Shown: positions 45,050-55,051, counted from the first letter of the stretch. The stretch: DNA of 64,000 nt from Desulfobacterales bacterium (GCA_041736435.1 JBGSTS010000223.1:1169-65168), one strand, 5' to 3'. Made by a program: numbers and translations. Notes: generated from the sequence alone by a model not told the origin.

Positions 45050-47104
45050 TCAGCGGTAGGGTTTGAGCACACGCTCGGCCTGTTGTTGGGCGGCCCCCAA
45101 AGCCTCCTTGGGCGTCTTTGCTCCAGTGAGCACGCTCTGGATGGCGTCGTCCAGGAACTTCTTCACCCGGGCGTTCTCATGCACCGAGAACTCGGCCACG
45201 GAATACGGAAACTGGTCGCGCGCCACGGCCGCGGCCGGGAAGTCGGCCACATATTTTTTCAAGGTTGCCGTTTCGTAGGCGGCCGGGCTGGTGGCGACGT
45301 AGCCGGTGGCCATGGACCAGCGGGCGCTCAATTCCGGTGCGGTCATGAACTTGATGAACTTCAGTGCCGCTGTGCGCTCCTGCGCAGAGGTCTTTTTGAA
45401 GATATAGAAGTTCCCGCCGCCGGTGGGTGAGCCGCGGCGCTGGCTGGCCGGAAGCATGCTCACGCCGAAGTCGAATTTGGCGCCGTCGCGGACGGCGGTG
45501 AGGTTGCCGGTGGTGTGCCACATGATGGCCGTGGCCCCTTCCAAAAATTTTTGGCGCAGGGTGCCCCAATCGGTGGTCCCTTCGGGCATCACTTTGTATT
45601 TCATTGCCAGATCGCGCCAGTATTGCAGCGCTTCGACGACCTCATTCTTGTCGAAGAAGGTTTGGTTGCCGTCCGGATTCATCAGCTCCAGACCGTTTTG
45701 GATGCACAGGGCCTGAAACATCCAGTAAGGATAACCGGTGGAGGGGATTTGTACGCCCCAGCGCGTGACGTTGCCGGAGGCGTCCTTCTTGGTCAGCTTT
45801 TGAGCCATGGCCGCCATCTCCTGCCATGTGGCCGGCGGCTTATTCGGGTCCAACCCGGCCTCCTTGAAGGCCTCCTTGTTGTGGTACATGACGATGGTCG
45901 AGCGCTGGAACGGCACTCCCCAGGTCTTGCCCTTAACCTTGGAGTTCTGCATCAGGGCGGGGTAAAAAGAGGAGAGCCATTGCTTGTCTTCAGCCGAAGT
46001 GGCGACCTCCTCGAAGGGCAAAATGACGTCCTGGTTCATGAGTTCGAAGACATCGATCGAGAACAACACGCTCAGCTGCACCGGCTGGCCGGCTTTGGCC
46101 GCGGCCAAGGCCTTGACCCGCGTGTCGTCGTAGTTGCCGGCGTATACCGCTTTTATCTTGCCGTCCTGCCGCACGATCCACTCGCGTGTCCCGACCTTGC
46201 AGGCGATGAGGCTGTCGGCGCCCAGGTATTCAAGGCTGAGCACTTCCGCCGGCAGGCCTGAAGTTGCCAGCCTGATCTTTTCGGGGCGCACCCCCATGAC
46301 CAGCTTGTCGTTAGCCTCTCCCGGCACTCCTCCGGGCAGGCTCTCCTGCGCCCAGCGATCCGCTTCGGGCTCTTCCAGCGGGAGCAGGTTCATTGGCGGA
46401 GTGCCGATAAACCCTGCGGCGAACAGCGTGGCAGGCCGGGCGTAGAGCTCCTCAGGCGGGGCAAACTGTTCGATGTGGCCGGCTTCCAGCAGCACGATCT
46501 TGTCGGCCATCGTCATGGCCTCGACTTGGTCGTGGGTGACGTAAATCATAGTGATCCCCAGGCGCTGCTGAAGCATGCGGATCTCGCGGCGCATCTCGTG
46601 GCGCAGCTTGGCGTCGAGATTGGAGAGAGGCTCGTCCATGAGACATACCGGGGCCTCACTGACGATGGCCCGGCCCAGCGCAACCCGCTGGCGTTGGCCG
46701 CCGGAGAGTTCGGCCGGTTTTCGCTCCAGAAGGCCCTGCAGCCCCAGCAGCTCCATTGCCCGATCCAGCCGGCGCTGGCGCTCGGCGGAATTCAGTTTGC
46801 GGACCTTGAGGCCGAAGACGATGTTTTCGGCCACGTTGAGGTGAGGGAAGAGGGCGTAGGATTGAAAAACCATGGAGATGTTGCGTTTGGCCGGCGGCAG
46901 CCCCGTGACATCGTTACCGGCAATTCGGATCGTGCCGGTGCTGATGGATTCCAACCCGGCGATGAGCCTCAGTATGGTGGACTTGCCGCAACCGGAAGGG
47001 CCGAGCACCACCAGGAGTTCACCGGCCGTTGCAGTGAAGCTGACCTGATCTACCGCGCAAACATCACCCCACGATTTGGATACCCTCTCGAGCTCGATCT
47101 GCAT
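45050..47104 (-). CDS. in-frame fusion: ABC ATPase (MalK/UgpC-like, residues 1 to about 316, C-terminal end missing) joined to an extracellular solute-binding protein (family 1) lacking its signal peptide and first ~60-70 residues
   Basis: N-terminal part: GPSGCGKST, LSGGQRQRVALGRA, CLMDEPLSNLD, then a MalK-type regulatory domain up to ...GTREWIVRQDGKI. It continues directly as KAVYAGNYDDTRVKALAAAKAGQPVQLSVLFSIDVFELMNQDVILPFEE...WGVPFQRSTIVMYHNKEAFKEAGLDP...GGGNFYIFK..., typical SBP_bac_1 sequence. Confidence 0.7.
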   Translation of the reverse strand: MQIELERVSKSWGDVCAVDQVSFTATAGELLVVLGPSGCGKSTILRLIAGLESISTGTIRIAGNDVTGLPPAKRNISMVFQSYALFPHLNVAENIVFGLKVRKLNSAERQRRLDRAMELLGLQGLLERKPAELSGGQRQRVALGRAIVSEAPVCLMDEPLSNLDAKLRHEMRREIRMLQQRLGITMIYVTHDQVEAMTMADKIVLLEAGHIEQFAPPEELYARPATLFAAGFIGTPPMNLLPLEEPEADRWAQESLPGGVPGEANDKLVMGVRPEKIRLATSGLPAEVLSLEYLGADSLIACKVGTREWIVRQDGKIKAVYAGNYDDTRVKALAAAKAGQPVQLSVLFSIDVFELMNQDVILPFEEVATSAEDKQWLSSFYPALMQNSKVKGKTWGVPFQRSTIVMYHNKEAFKEAGLDPNKPPATWQEMAAMAQKLTKKDASGNVTRWGVQIPSTGYPYWMFQALCIQNGLELMNPDGNQTFFDKNEVVEALQYWRDLAMKYKVMPEGTTDWGTLRQKFLEGATAIMWHTTGNLTAVRDGAKFDFGVSMLPASQRRGSPTGGGNFYIFKKTSAQERTAALKFIKFMTAPELSARWSMATGYVATSPAAYETATLKKYVADFPAAAVARDQFPYSVAEFSVHENARVKKFLDDAIQSVLTGAKTPKEALGAAQQQAERVLKPYR

Positions 47105-47346
47105 CCGCTCAGGTTCCTCTAATTTGCCGGGTTAGACGCCGCAACCGGCCTCCGATCGCTAATAATTTCCTAACAATTCCCTAACATTCGAGGCTCTCTT
47201 CGTCAAGCCGGTTCAGGTTGGCAAGCCTATGTCCTGCGAGGCCGGAGGCACCCCGGATTGTGCCGAAGCGGTTTGAATCTTCCGGCCGGCCGTCCGCAAA
47301 TCGATATTTCAGTAAACTTTTCGGGTTAGCGGCCGATGATGGTTGT

Positions 47347-48162
47347 ATGAGATTTCTGTTTGTACTGATCCTGTGCATGTCGGTCTGGGGGGCCTCATCG
47401 CCGGCGATTTCCGAGAATGTCCCGGAACCGGGGGTCCCCATCCTGCTCTACCACCGCTTCGGGCCGACGGTGGCCGACAGCATGACGGTGACCACGGCGG
47501 TCTTTGAATCCCACCTGAAATACCTGCACGAAAACGGTTACACGGTCATCACCCTCAACGATCTGATGGGCATGGTGCTCGGCAAAACCATCCCGGCCGA
47601 TGCCCGCTGCGTGGTGCTGGTTGCCGATGACGCCCACCGAACCGTCTACACCGAGGCGTTTCCACTGCTAAAAAAGTACGGAATGCCGATGACGATTTTC
47701 GCCTACCCGTCGGCGGTGTCCAACGCCTCTTATGCCATGACCTGGGACCAGCTGCGAGAGCTCAAGGCCAGCGGTCTTTGCGACGTGCAGTCCCACACCT
47801 ACTGGCACCCCAACTTCAAAAAGGAGCGGGCGAAGCTGCCGCCGCCGGAGTTCGAGAAGCTGGTCCACCTCCAGTTCACCAAGTCCAGACAAAAGCTTGA
47901 AAAAGAGCTGGGCGGGAAGGTCGAGCTGTTGGCCTGGCCCTTTGGCATCTACGATCCCTGGTTGATGGACAAAGCCGCCGAGGCCGGATACGCCGCCGCC
48001 TTTTCGATCGAGCGCCGTCCGGTGACGCGCCGGGATCATCTCATGGCGCTGCCGCGCTACCTGCTGACCGACCGGGATCGGGGAAAAGCCTTTGAAGCTG
48101 TTTTGAATGGATCGACGTATATCGTCCGAAGGGAAAACCGCCATGCCGACAACCGTTTCTAA
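47347..48162 (+). CDS. polysaccharide deacetylase (NodB homology domain) with signal peptide
   Basis: Start at ATG 47347 (MRFLFVLILCMSVWGASSP). Motifs: ILLYHRF, VVLVADDAHRTVYTEAFPLLKKYGMPMTIF, SHTYWHP. Confidence 0.75.
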   Translation: MRFLFVLILCMSVWGASSPAISENVPEPGVPILLYHRFGPTVADSMTVTTAVFESHLKYLHENGYTVITLNDLMGMVLGKTIPADARCVVLVADDAHRTVYTEAFPLLKKYGMPMTIFAYPSAVSNASYAMTWDQLRELKASGLCDVQSHTYWHPNFKKERAKLPPPEFEKLVHLQFTKSRQKLEKELGGKVELLAWPFGIYDPWLMDKAAEAGYAAAFSIERRPVTRRDHLMALPRYLLTDRDRGKAFEAVLNGSTYIVRRENRHADNRF

Positions 48163-49450
48163 AATGCTGTTCTGGTTTTGTGCCGCTCTCATGCTGTTTC
48201 CGGGGCCAGGCCGCACGGATGGGGCTAACACCCTGCGGGTGATCGACCAGGATACCGGGCAGCCCGTCCCGGGCGCCGTGGTCACGCTGGACGGGGCCGC
48301 GCTCGCCGCGGGCTCCAACGGCCTCTTTTCGCTGCCGCCGTCGGCGGGCATCGTCAAAGTGAGGGCGCACGGGTACCAGCGTGCCAAGATGTCGCTGTCC
48401 ATTCTCCCCGGCGCCGAACCGGTCGAGATCAAACTGAGCCCCTTGGCTCCCCGGGCGCTTTATTTATCTTTTTACGGGGTCGGCTCGAAAGCCCTCCGGG
48501 GGCCGGCATTGAAGCTGATCGATGAAACCGAGCTCAACGCGCTCGTCATCGACGTGAAAGGAGACCGGGGCATGATCCCGTACCGGAGCTCGGTCACCCT
48601 GGCCGCCGAGATCGGGGCGCAGAAAATCATTACGGTGCGCGACCCCGAGGAGCTGTTCGCCTCGTTCAAGGCGAGAGGGGTCTACACCATTGCCCGCATT
48701 GTGGTTTTCAAAGACGATCTCCTGGCTACGGCGCGGCCGGAGCTCGCCGTCAAAACCCCGGCCGGGGAAATTTGGCGCGACCGCGAGCACCTCGCCTGGG
48801 TGGACCCTTTCCGGAAGGAGGTCTGGGACTACAACATCCGGATCGCCGAGGAGGCGGCCCGGCTTGGGTTTGACGAAATCCAGTTCGATTACGTGCGGTT
48901 TCCCGACTCGCGCTCGCCGTGCTTCTCTCAGCCCAGCACCGAGGAGAGCCGCGTAACGGCAGTCGCCGGTTTCCTGCAGGAAGCTCGGGCCCGGCTGGCC
49001 CCCTACAATGTCTTCACCGCCGCGGACATTTTCGGCTATGTGTGCTGGAATACCAACGACACCGACATCGGCCAGAAACTTGAGCCCATGGCTGCGGCCG
49101 TGGACTATCTCTGCCCCATGCTCTACCCATCGGGGTTCCAGTTCGGGATCCCGGGCTACCGCAACCCCGTCCAGCGGCCCCACGAAATCGTTTACCTCTC
49201 CTTGAAGAAGGCCCAGGAACGCACCGGGATCGCAGCGGTCAGGTTTCGCCCCTGGCTTCAGTCCTTCAGGGATTACGCCTTCGACCGGAGGCCTTTCAGC
49301 GGCAAGGAGATTCACGACCAGATCAGCGCCGCGGACAAGTTCGGCTCGCAGGGCTGGATGCTCTGGAACCCCGCCAACGTCTACACGGCGGAGGCTCTGA
49401 AAAAGGAGATCCGGACGGCGAGCATTGGTGCGGTTGCGCCGCCCCCCTAA
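48143..49450 (+). CDS. putative glycoside hydrolase, GHL/DUF4015 (COG1306)-type TIM barrel with N-terminal carboxypeptidase-regulatory-like domain
   Basis: Start at ATG 48143, a 20-nt overlap with the upstream gene. Motifs: LRVIDQDTGQPVPGAVVTLDG; ALYLSFYGVGS...LNALVIDVKGDRGMIPY...YTIARIVVFKD...GFDEIQFDYVRFPD. Confidence 0.6.
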   Translation: MPTTVSKMLFWFCAALMLFPGPGRTDGANTLRVIDQDTGQPVPGAVVTLDGAALAAGSNGLFSLPPSAGIVKVRAHGYQRAKMSLSILPGAEPVEIKLSPLAPRALYLSFYGVGSKALRGPALKLIDETELNALVIDVKGDRGMIPYRSSVTLAAEIGAQKIITVRDPEELFASFKARGVYTIARIVVFKDDLLATARPELAVKTPAGEIWRDREHLAWVDPFRKEVWDYNIRIAEEAARLGFDEIQFDYVRFPDSRSPCFSQPSTEESRVTAVAGFLQEARARLAPYNVFTAADIFGYVCWNTNDTDIGQKLEPMAAAVDYLCPMLYPSGFQFGIPGYRNPVQRPHEIVYLSLKKAQERTGIAAVRFRPWLQSFRDYAFDRRPFSGKEIHDQISAADKFGSQGWMLWNPANVYTAEALKKEIRTASIGAVAPPP

Positions 49451-49576
49451 ACCTATTAGAATGCCCTATCACTAAAGCAGTTTTTTCATGTGGGGGAGGC
49501 ATCGTGCCGCTCCCGCAAGCGTCTCTCTTCATCACCGGTCAAACAACGCGGAACGCACCCGCCTGCTGGTGGGTCG

Positions 49577-51913
49577 ATGGTTGCAAGCCCCAGGCCCGTA
49601 AAAGGAAAAACGTGGCGTACGTCCGGCTTTGTGGCGGCCGCGGCGGTGGTCCTCATGGCGTTGGCCGCAGACGCTGCTGCAGCGCTGTTGCCCGAGCCGC
49701 TCGCCGCCATTCCCCCAACGGTCGAGGGAGCCATCCGCACCGGAGAAACCCCCGGAGCCGTCGTCGTGATCGGCCACCGGGGCCGGGTGGTCATGCGCCA
49801 GGCCTTCGGTCATCGTAGTCTGGCGCCGCCACAGCCCATGACACGGGATGCCGTCTTTGACGTGGCCTCCCTCACCAAAGTCGTGGCCACCGTCCCGGCC
49901 ATTCTCGTGCTTGTCGAGAACGGCCGGCTGCAGCTGGATGCCCCGGTCGCCCGCTACTGGCCGGAGTTCAAGGGCCGCGGCAAGGAGCGCATCCGCCTTC
50001 GGCAGTTGCTCACGCACTACTCCGGGCTGCGGCCCGGCCTGCCGCCCAAACCGGCGTGGTCGGGCTACGACGCCGCCCTGAAACAAATCATCAGGGACAC
50101 CCCCTCGCAGCCAGCCGACTCCTGCTTCACATACAGCGACCTCAATTTTACCATCCTGGGGGAGCTGGTCCGGCGCGTCTCGGGCGAGCCCCTGGAGGTC
50201 TATTGCCGCAGGCACATCTTCGAACCCCTGGGGATGAAGGACACTGCTTTCAAGCCGCCGCCGTTTCTCCGTGAGCGCCTGGTGCCCACCATGGCAGGCA
50301 GCTCCGGGGTGGTGCACGACCCGGACACCCGGCGCATGGGCGGCATCTCGGGCGCGGCCGGCCTCTTCTCCACGGCAGACGATCTGGCCGTTTTCGCCCA
50401 AGTGATCCTGGATCAGGGCCGCCATGCAAACGGGCAGCTCCTCAGTCCCACCGCCGTCAAGAGCATGGTGCAGCCCCAATCGCCTGCGGGGAAACTGCCT
50501 GCAAGAGGCCTGGGGTGGGCGATCCATTCGGATTCCGGCAACTGGAGCGAAATGCTGCCACCAGGCTCTTTCGGTCATAAAGGGTTCACGGGCACGCTGC
50601 TCTGGATCGACCCGGAAACCAGCACGTATCTCATCGTCTTGGGCAACCGCGTGTACCCTGACGGCGAGGCCAGGGAGGAAACCCTGCGGGACAAGGTGTT
50701 CTCGCTAACGGTGCAGGCCACCGGCCGGCCCGCACCGGTATCGCCCGCGGATGCGCTTTCACACGTTCCGGCCGGCATGCCGGCGGGCAGGCTCATGACG
50801 GGGGTGGATGTTTTGGTTGCCCGCGAGTTCGCTGCCCTTGCGGGCAAACGGGTGGGGCTGATTACCAATCACACCGGCCTGGACGCTAACGGGAGGCGGT
50901 CGATCGATCTGCTGGCCAAGGCGCCCGAAATGAAGCTGCGCGCGCTCTTCAGCCCCGAGCACGGGCTGTCGGGCAAGGCGGATCGTAAGGTGGCCTCAGG
51001 CCTGGACGCCTCGACGGGGTTGCCGGTCCACAGCCTCTACGGGGAAACCCGGCGGCCGAAACCCGAGATGCTGAAGGGCCTGGACGCCCTGGTCTTCGAT
51101 ATCCAGGATGCAGGCACCCGTTTCTACACCTACATGACCACGATGGGCTACGCCATGGAAGCGGCTGCACAAGAGCGAATCGAATTCATCGTGCTGGACC
51201 GTCCCAACCCCATTACCGCTGAGCGCATGGAAGGCCCGGTGATGGACCCGGACCTGAAATCCTTCACCGGCTATTTCCCGCTGCCGGTTCGCCACGGCAT
51301 GACCATCGGTGAACTGGCGCGGATGTTCAACGGCGAGAACCGGATGGGCGTTCGGCTGAAGGTGATCCCCATGCAGGGCTATCGCCGGAAGATGTGGTTC
51401 GACGAGACCGGGCTGCCATGGGTGAACCCATCGCCGAACCTGCGCTCCCTTGCCCAGGCGGTCCTTTATCCCGGGGTGGCCCTGTGCGAAGCGTCCAACG
51501 TTAGTGTCGGTCGGGGGACGGACACACCCTTCGAGTTGGTAGGCGCGCCGTGGGTTGATGCCGAGGAAGTGGCGGCCTATCTGCGCAACCGATCCATCCC
51601 CGGAGTAAACTTCGAGGCTGTCCGCTTCGTGCCCTCGGCCAGCATTTTCAAGGGCAAGGAGTGCCACGGCATTCGAATTGATTTAAAGGACCGGGACCAA
51701 GTGGACGCAGTTGCCCTGGGGATCGAACTCCTGTGCGCGCTGCAGCGGCTTAACCCCGGGGTTTTCCAACTCGACCCGGCGCTGCACCTGGTGGGCTCGC
51801 GTGCGGTGCTCCGGGCGATAGCCGACGGTCTACACCCGGAGTCGATCATTGCCTCCTGGCAGCCTCAGCTGGAAGAGTTCGGCCGCACCCGGGCACGCTA
51901 CCTCCTCTATTAA
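49577..51913 (+). CDS. fusion protein: beta-lactamase-fold serine hydrolase (AmiE/AmpC-like, SxxK = ASLTK) + DUF1343 (NamZ-type exo-beta-N-acetylmuramidase family)
   Basis: N-terminal half: FDVASLTKVVAT, YSDLNFTILG, GHKGFTGT. C-terminal half: KRVGLITNHTGLD...ALFSPEHGL...TGLPVHSLYGE...LVFDIQDAGTRFYTYMTTMGYAMEAAA...VLDRPNPI. Start at ATG 49577, followed by a signal-like hydrophobic stretch. Confidence 0.75.
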   Translation: MVASPRPVKGKTWRTSGFVAAAAVVLMALAADAAAALLPEPLAAIPPTVEGAIRTGETPGAVVVIGHRGRVVMRQAFGHRSLAPPQPMTRDAVFDVASLTKVVATVPAILVLVENGRLQLDAPVARYWPEFKGRGKERIRLRQLLTHYSGLRPGLPPKPAWSGYDAALKQIIRDTPSQPADSCFTYSDLNFTILGELVRRVSGEPLEVYCRRHIFEPLGMKDTAFKPPPFLRERLVPTMAGSSGVVHDPDTRRMGGISGAAGLFSTADDLAVFAQVILDQGRHANGQLLSPTAVKSMVQPQSPAGKLPARGLGWAIHSDSGNWSEMLPPGSFGHKGFTGTLLWIDPETSTYLIVLGNRVYPDGEAREETLRDKVFSLTVQATGRPAPVSPADALSHVPAGMPAGRLMTGVDVLVAREFAALAGKRVGLITNHTGLDANGRRSIDLLAKAPEMKLRALFSPEHGLSGKADRKVASGLDASTGLPVHSLYGETRRPKPEMLKGLDALVFDIQDAGTRFYTYMTTMGYAMEAAAQERIEFIVLDRPNPITAERMEGPVMDPDLKSFTGYFPLPVRHGMTIGELARMFNGENRMGVRLKVIPMQGYRRKMWFDETGLPWVNPSPNLRSLAQAVLYPGVALCEASNVSVGRGTDTPFELVGAPWVDAEEVAAYLRNRSIPGVNFEAVRFVPSASIFKGKECHGIRIDLKDRDQVDAVALGIELLCALQRLNPGVFQLDPALHLVGSRAVLRAIADGLHPESIIASWQPQLEEFGRTRARYLLY

Positions 51914-51949
51914 AGCCGATTGCCAAGCGCCCCCCCCCTTGGCGAAAAA

Positions 51950-53170
51950 TCAAAGATCGTTTCTGGATACCACTTTCGATCCCAGGAGGCCTTTATCTTT
52001 CCGGGGTTGAGTGCCAGGTAGGCGCGGTGGCATAATGAACACTCTTCGCAAGCCCTCTTTCAGCGAAATGGCCTCCTCAGGACAAAACCGAGAGCAGACA
52101 CCACAACCGATACAGGCATTTTCATCCCTCTGCGCAACGCCCTTCTCGTTCAGGACGATGGCATCTGTAGGGCACCGTTCTGCGCACGTGCCGCAGCCCG
52201 TGCAGGCCTCCTCGTCGATCACGGCAAGATAGTAGGTGGAGTTAATCAGCGGCAGGGTGCCGTTGCGCCAAAGCCCGAAGGTATCGCAACAGTCTTTGCA
52301 GCAATTGCAAATGCTCGTCTCCGGGCTGGACTCCTTGGACCCCGGGTGAAACGCCTTGTGAATGAGCCCCGCCTGCTCCGCTGCTTTCATTATTTTGAGC
52401 GCTTCCGCCTTGGTCACTTTTTTTGCAAATCCCTGAGCCGTGGTGTGTCGCGCAGACTTGCCGAAGGTAAAGCAGTTCAACGTGGGCGCCTGGGTATCGC
52501 AGGTTTTTCCCAGGAGCCGCCCTCGTTGCCGGCAGAAGCAATGCCCAACCGCAATATCATCAAATTTGTTGATGATATCCTCGACGCTCTGGCTCGGCAG
52601 GACGAATTCGTCGGGGATGTCCAGCGTCTTGTCAACCGGTACGGTTTTGACAGGATTGCCGTCCTCCTTTATTGCCGCGGGAACGGTCCGGTCCACGGCC
52701 GGGGCATGATTGAACAGGGGCGAGATGGCATCATAATTTCCCTGGATCTGGTCTCGGAGTTCATGCAGCAGCTTTTCGAACAACCTAGCAAGATTTTTTT
52801 CTTCCTCACTTCCGGCCAGGTCCACCATGAATTTGTATTCCATCACGCCGACCAGCATGAGCGGCAGAAGCCGGTACACCATGATGCCCGTGGAGTTGGG
52901 CTGATTGAAAATAAGCCCTTTTTTGGCAATGCTCGAGGCGAGCTGCTCAACGTTCTCCTTTGAAAACCCGCTCGATTCAGCCAGCTGCTCCAAGGTTTGG
53001 GAGGCCTTTTGCCGAAAGGCATATATCAGGTCGAGTTCCTCCTCGTTGCCGCCGATAACGGCAGCGACGATTGCGGTTGCCGTATCACTTGCCGGGAATT
53101 GGATCATTCCCTGTTTGCAGATCACCCCGGTTGCTCGTTTGCGTTTTTCATCCGTGCTCAGTTGCTGCAT
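51950..53170 (-). CDS. 4Fe-4S dicluster domain protein with additional Cys-rich region, unknown function
   Basis: CTGCGTCAERCP and CIGCGVCSRFCP, plus CFCRQRG...C...CNCCKDCC. The N-terminal ~120 aa look winged-helix-like (weak). Confidence 0.6.
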   Translation of the reverse strand: MQQLSTDEKRKRATGVICKQGMIQFPASDTATAIVAAVIGGNEEELDLIYAFRQKASQTLEQLAESSGFSKENVEQLASSIAKKGLIFNQPNSTGIMVYRLLPLMLVGVMEYKFMVDLAGSEEEKNLARLFEKLLHELRDQIQGNYDAISPLFNHAPAVDRTVPAAIKEDGNPVKTVPVDKTLDIPDEFVLPSQSVEDIINKFDDIAVGHCFCRQRGRLLGKTCDTQAPTLNCFTFGKSARHTTAQGFAKKVTKAEALKIMKAAEQAGLIHKAFHPGSKESSPETSICNCCKDCCDTFGLWRNGTLPLINSTYYLAVIDEEACTGCGTCAERCPTDAIVLNEKGVAQRDENACIGCGVCSRFCPEEAISLKEGLRRVFIMPPRLPGTQPRKDKGLLGSKVVSRNDL

Positions 53171-54000
53171 ACCGCCCCCCCTTTTTGGGTTTGATCCTGC
53201 GCCTCTTTTCCATCGCCTGTTACCCGGTATAGGCGGCAGGAGTTCGCATACACCTGCTGGGCCAGCGCCAGTGGGTCCTCACGCCGTACCTCGGCCAGCT
53301 TGAGCAGCACCGAGCGCACGAAGGCGGGTTCGTTGCGGCGATGGCGGCGCCGCTCGGGCTCGGGGGTGAGGTAGGGGGCGTCGGTTTCCACGAGGAGCTG
53401 ATCGGGGGGAATCTGCGCGGCCAGTCGCCGCAGCGGCTCCCCGCGCTCCTTGAGGGTCAGAATTCCGGTGATGCCGATGTAGTAGCCCAGGTCGAGATAG
53501 CTTGAGAGCTCGGACCGGCTTCCGCTGAAACAGTGGACGACGGCCGCTCCGGCCGGAGGCGGGCAGGTGCGAACCAGCTCCAGAAAGCGGCCGTTGCTGT
53601 CCCGCTCGTGGAAAATCAGCGGCAGCCCGAGTTCGGAGGCGGCCTCGAGCTGGTGGACGAACCATTTTTCCTGCGCGTCCCGCGGGGAATACATGCGATT
53701 GAAGTCCAGGCCGATTTCCCCCCACGCGCGGACGGCAGGGTTTCTGGCCAGGACTGCCAGCGCTTCCAGGACGCTCTCGCTGCACTCCTGGGCGTCATGG
53801 GGGTGGACTCCCACCGAGGCCCAAACGCCCGGCCGGGCGCTGGCCAGGCCGACGGCTTTGCGGGACGTTTCGAGCGTGACGCCGATGGTCATCATGCGCA
53901 CGACCCCGGCAGCCCGCGCGCGTTCGAATACGCCCTCTAAGTCGTTCCGGTAGGACGCGTCGTCCAGGTGACAGTGGCTATCGAAGAGGTGCATCTCCAT
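53158..54000 (-). CDS. tatD: TatD-family metal-dependent hydrolase/DNase
   Basis: ORF trimmed to ATG 54000/53994 (MEMHLFDSHCHLDD). Motifs: GVHPH, PLIFHERD, HCFSG, ETDAPYL. Its 3' end overlaps the downstream gene start by 13 nt. Confidence 0.85.
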   Translation of the reverse strand: MEMHLFDSHCHLDDASYRNDLEGVFERARAAGVVRMMTIGVTLETSRKAVGLASARPGVWASVGVHPHDAQECSESVLEALAVLARNPAVRAWGEIGLDFNRMYSPRDAQEKWFVHQLEAASELGLPLIFHERDSNGRFLELVRTCPPPAGAAVVHCFSGSRSELSSYLDLGYYIGITGILTLKERGEPLRRLAAQIPPDQLLVETDAPYLTPEPERRRHRRNEPAFVRSVLLKLAEVRREDPLALAQQVYANSCRLYRVTGDGKEAQDQTQKGGAVCSN

Positions 54001-54205
54001 CCATAAAAACCGGAAGTGATATTTCCGAATAGTATCACTCTGCATGCGGAGTTTCAACATGGCCCCATTCCCATGTAAACTCTGGGGTATGGCATCGTTT
54101 TTTTTGCCCCATCTCTCTTTTTGCCTTGATTTGATTCTTGTGATTTGAGAATATCCACAATCTTGGAGATGGCTGCTGTTCGAATTCACCGCATGGAGGG
54201 ATCCC

Positions 54206-55051
54206 ATGTTCAAAATCGTCAAACGCGAGGAGATGTCGCAAGGCACAGTGGTTCTGAATGAAATCGAGGCCCCGCTGATCGCCGGGAAAGCCAAGCCCGG
54301 CCAGTTCGTGATCCTCAAGGCCAACGATACCGGCGAGCGCATTCCGCTCACCATGGCCTACACGGACGCAGAGAAAGGCATCATCGCCGTGATCTACCAG
54401 GTGGTGGGAAAGTCCACCGCGCTGTTCAAGACCCTGAAGGTCGGCGAGGGCTACCAGGACGTGATCGGCCCGCTCGGCAAGCCCACGCACGTCGAAAAAC
54501 TCGGCAAGGTCGTCTGCGTCGGGGGCGGCACCGGGGTGGCAGTGCTGCACCCCATCACCCGGGCCATGAAACAGGCCGGCAACCACGTGACGGCCATCAT
54601 CGGCGCCCGGACCAAGGATCTGCTCATCCTCGAGGAGCTCATGAAGACGGCCTCCCACGAGCTGCACGTGTGCACCGACGACGGCTCCTACGGTCGCCAC
54701 GGTTTCGTGACCCATGCGCTCAAGGACATTTTGGACAAGGAGAAAATCGATCTCGTGGTGGCCATCGGCCCTGTGCCGATGATGAAGTTCGTCTCCAAGC
54801 TGACCAAGGACTACAACGTGCACACGCTGGTCAGTCTGAACCCCATCATGGTGGACGGCACCGGCATGTGCGGGGGCTGCCGCGTGTCGGTCGGCGGCAA
54901 GAACCAGTTTGCCTGCGTGGACGGCCCCGAGTTCGACGGCCACCAGGTGGATTTCGACGAGCTAATGATGCGGCTGCAGGCCTATTGCGAGGAAGAAAAA
55001 ATGTGCCACAACGAGTTCTGTATGCTGGAGGAGTCCTGGCATAAAAAGTAA
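54206..55051 (+). CDS. nfnA: NfnA-type subunit: sulfide/dihydroorotate dehydrogenase-like FAD/NAD-binding protein with 2Fe-2S site
   Basis: MFKIVKREEMSQGTVVLNEIEAPLIAGKAKPGQFVILKANDTGERIPLTMA..., VCVGGGTGVAVL, GTGMCGGCRV...FACVDGPEF. Confidence 0.75.
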   Translation: MFKIVKREEMSQGTVVLNEIEAPLIAGKAKPGQFVILKANDTGERIPLTMAYTDAEKGIIAVIYQVVGKSTALFKTLKVGEGYQDVIGPLGKPTHVEKLGKVVCVGGGTGVAVLHPITRAMKQAGNHVTAIIGARTKDLLILEELMKTASHELHVCTDDGSYGRHGFVTHALKDILDKEKIDLVVAIGPVPMMKFVSKLTKDYNVHTLVSLNPIMVDGTGMCGGCRVSVGGKNQFACVDGPEFDGHQVDFDELMMRLQAYCEEEKMCHNEFCMLEESWHKK

